Positions 33,889 through 35,394 of a stretch of DNA of 35,394 nucleotides are shown here, in pieces (positions within the stretch are counted from its first letter, which is position 1; every line of letters starts with the position of its first letter). Source of the DNA: Octopus bimaculoides (Eukaryota); NCBI RefSeq assembly GCF_001194135.2, contig NC_068984.1, positions 127,193,765-127,229,158 of the forward strand, written 5' to 3'. The notes under the pieces are model-generated. The model searched no databases. It saw nothing but the letters and a program-made list of their open reading frames with translations, and had not been told where the DNA came from. The position numbers and the translations under genes were made by a program.

Positions 33889-34343
33889 NNNNNNNNNNNN
33901 NNNNNNNNNNNNNNNNNNNNNNNNNNNNNNNNNNNNNNNNNNNNNNNNNNNNNNNNNNNNNNNNNNNNNNNNNNNNNNNNNNNNNNNNNNNNNNNNNNNN
34001 NNNNNNNNNNNNNNNNNNNNNNNNNNNNNNNNNNNNNNNNNNNNNNNNNNNNNNNNNNNNNNNNNNNNNNNNNNNNNNNNNNNNNNNNNNNNNNNNNNNN
34101 NNNNNNNNNNNNNNNNNNNNNNNNNNNNNNNNNNNNNNNNNNNNNNNNNNNNNNNNNNNNNNNNNNNNNNNNNNNNNNNNNNNNNNNNNNNNNNNNNNNN
34201 NNNNNNNNNNNNNNNNNNNNNNNNNNNNNNNNNNNNNNNNNNNNNNNNNNNNNNNNNNNNNNNNNNNNNNNNNNNNNNNNNNNNNNNNNNNNNNNNNNNN
34301 NNNNNNNNNNAAATAAAGTGGTTACGTCTCCGCCACGTGCGCC

Positions 34344-34420
34344 TTGGTCGATTCGTTCGACTACATTCCTCCAAAGCTGTGTCCCAATGACTGAAACAAG
34401 TGAAAGATAAAAGATAAAAG
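34344..34420 (+). mobile_element. SINE 3' end
   Basis: GGTCGATTCGTTCGACTA…AATGACTGAAACAAGTGAAAGATAAAAGATAAAAG, the same tail type as family A. Confidence 0.7.
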
Positions 34421-35220
34421 TTATTTAAATGCTTGATAAACTGAAAAAATACTTCCAGTCGCTCGACCTTCAAGAAACTGCAACCAAAAGTCCTCGAAAT
34501 AACACCCTATTTCTTAAAGAACAGACACATTGGAATAATGTAATCATAGATAAATAAAATGAGATAATCAAAACTCGAATGCTTTTTTATCATAAACGTT
34601 GTTTTATCAGTATTGCTTCAAGATTACACAACAATCTGACATATTTCTTAGAGAAATTCATTGTCTAAATTATCAAAATATATTTTTGCTAAATGATTGG
34701 TTGTTTGATTTTGTTATTCTGTCTAACTCATTAGTGAGACGGTCCATTGCAGTATTTATGGTCAAAGTCCATAAAAAGATACGTACAAACCACTATTGAT
34801 TGATCCACTTTCACTGCTACTGGGTCACCTGAATCACCTTAGCGATCAACTCAAAACACTTTACTAAACCATAAAAATATGTACCGGTCCTTAAAAAAAA
34901 AACCCTAGTCAATCATAACCCCTGTGCTGATTCACTAAAACAATTACAGCTTCATCAGAGCCGCTGTTCTGATCCTTCAAAATACAACTGGTTCATCAAA
35001 CCTACTGTACTTCAGACCATATTAGCAATATTAAGGTCACCAGGGTAAATTAATGCATTAGGTTCTATAGTATTTGTTTATTGATAGCAAGCCACGACAT
35101 ACATAGATTATAACTGGGCTCTTTGACTCGTGAACCCTACCCCCACCCCGGGCAACTGCCCATGTGTCTATGCCTTAAAATGGTACTGACTGTATTATAT
35201 ATATATATATATATATATAT

Positions 35221-35374
35221 AGGGAGATGTACTTGCATAGCAAGTGACCTGATCTGAGATCGTGTGCTGGAACGAAAACAATTGCAGCGTGGAAGGTGTT
35301 TATAAGCCATTTAAAATAACACACAAAAACCGTTAGATTCACTTCAACATTTAAATTTAATTTGTCAAAATATT
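35221..35374. repeat. Short CpG-containing repeat fragment embedded between two (TA)n tracts
   Basis: Flanked by (TA)n on both sides; resembles (TA)n-associated retroelement termini. Class uncertain. Confidence 0.35.
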
Positions 35375-35394
35375 TATATATATATATATATATA

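Overview
AT-rich, repeat-dense animal genomic DNA from a gapped assembly (six N-runs). The SINE families, TTAGGG-type repeats and microsatellite load are most consistent with a cephalopod (Octopus-like) genome; this is pattern recognition, not a database result. The only host coding signal I can support is an unidentified minus-strand gene. Four phase-compatible exons (13369-13519, 10204-10291, 6606-6880, 5180-5342) splice into about 225 codons of Ser/Thr/Pro-rich protein with no recognisable domain, and a more speculative chain of 30-37 nt micro-exons may extend it to about 23.4 kb. The rest is intronic or intergenic: several tRNA-derived SINE families, decayed LINE fragments (RTE, CR1/L2-like), Penelope-like remnants, DNA-transposon remnants and MITEs (mariner, hAT, piggyBac-like, Chapaev3-like) and long microsatellites. 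Nearly all ORFs in the supplied track are microsatellite or gap artefacts. The most interesting observations are a structurally complete minimal hammerhead-ribozyme motif in a Penelope-like terminus (26527-26572) plus a decayed second one (30439-30477), two different inverted-repeat elements carrying telomeric repeats in opposite palindromic arrangements, a perfect 174-bp local duplication of an old RTE relic, and several fold-back structures. I see no prokaryotic features or CRISPR array, and nothing here is established as a new biological system.
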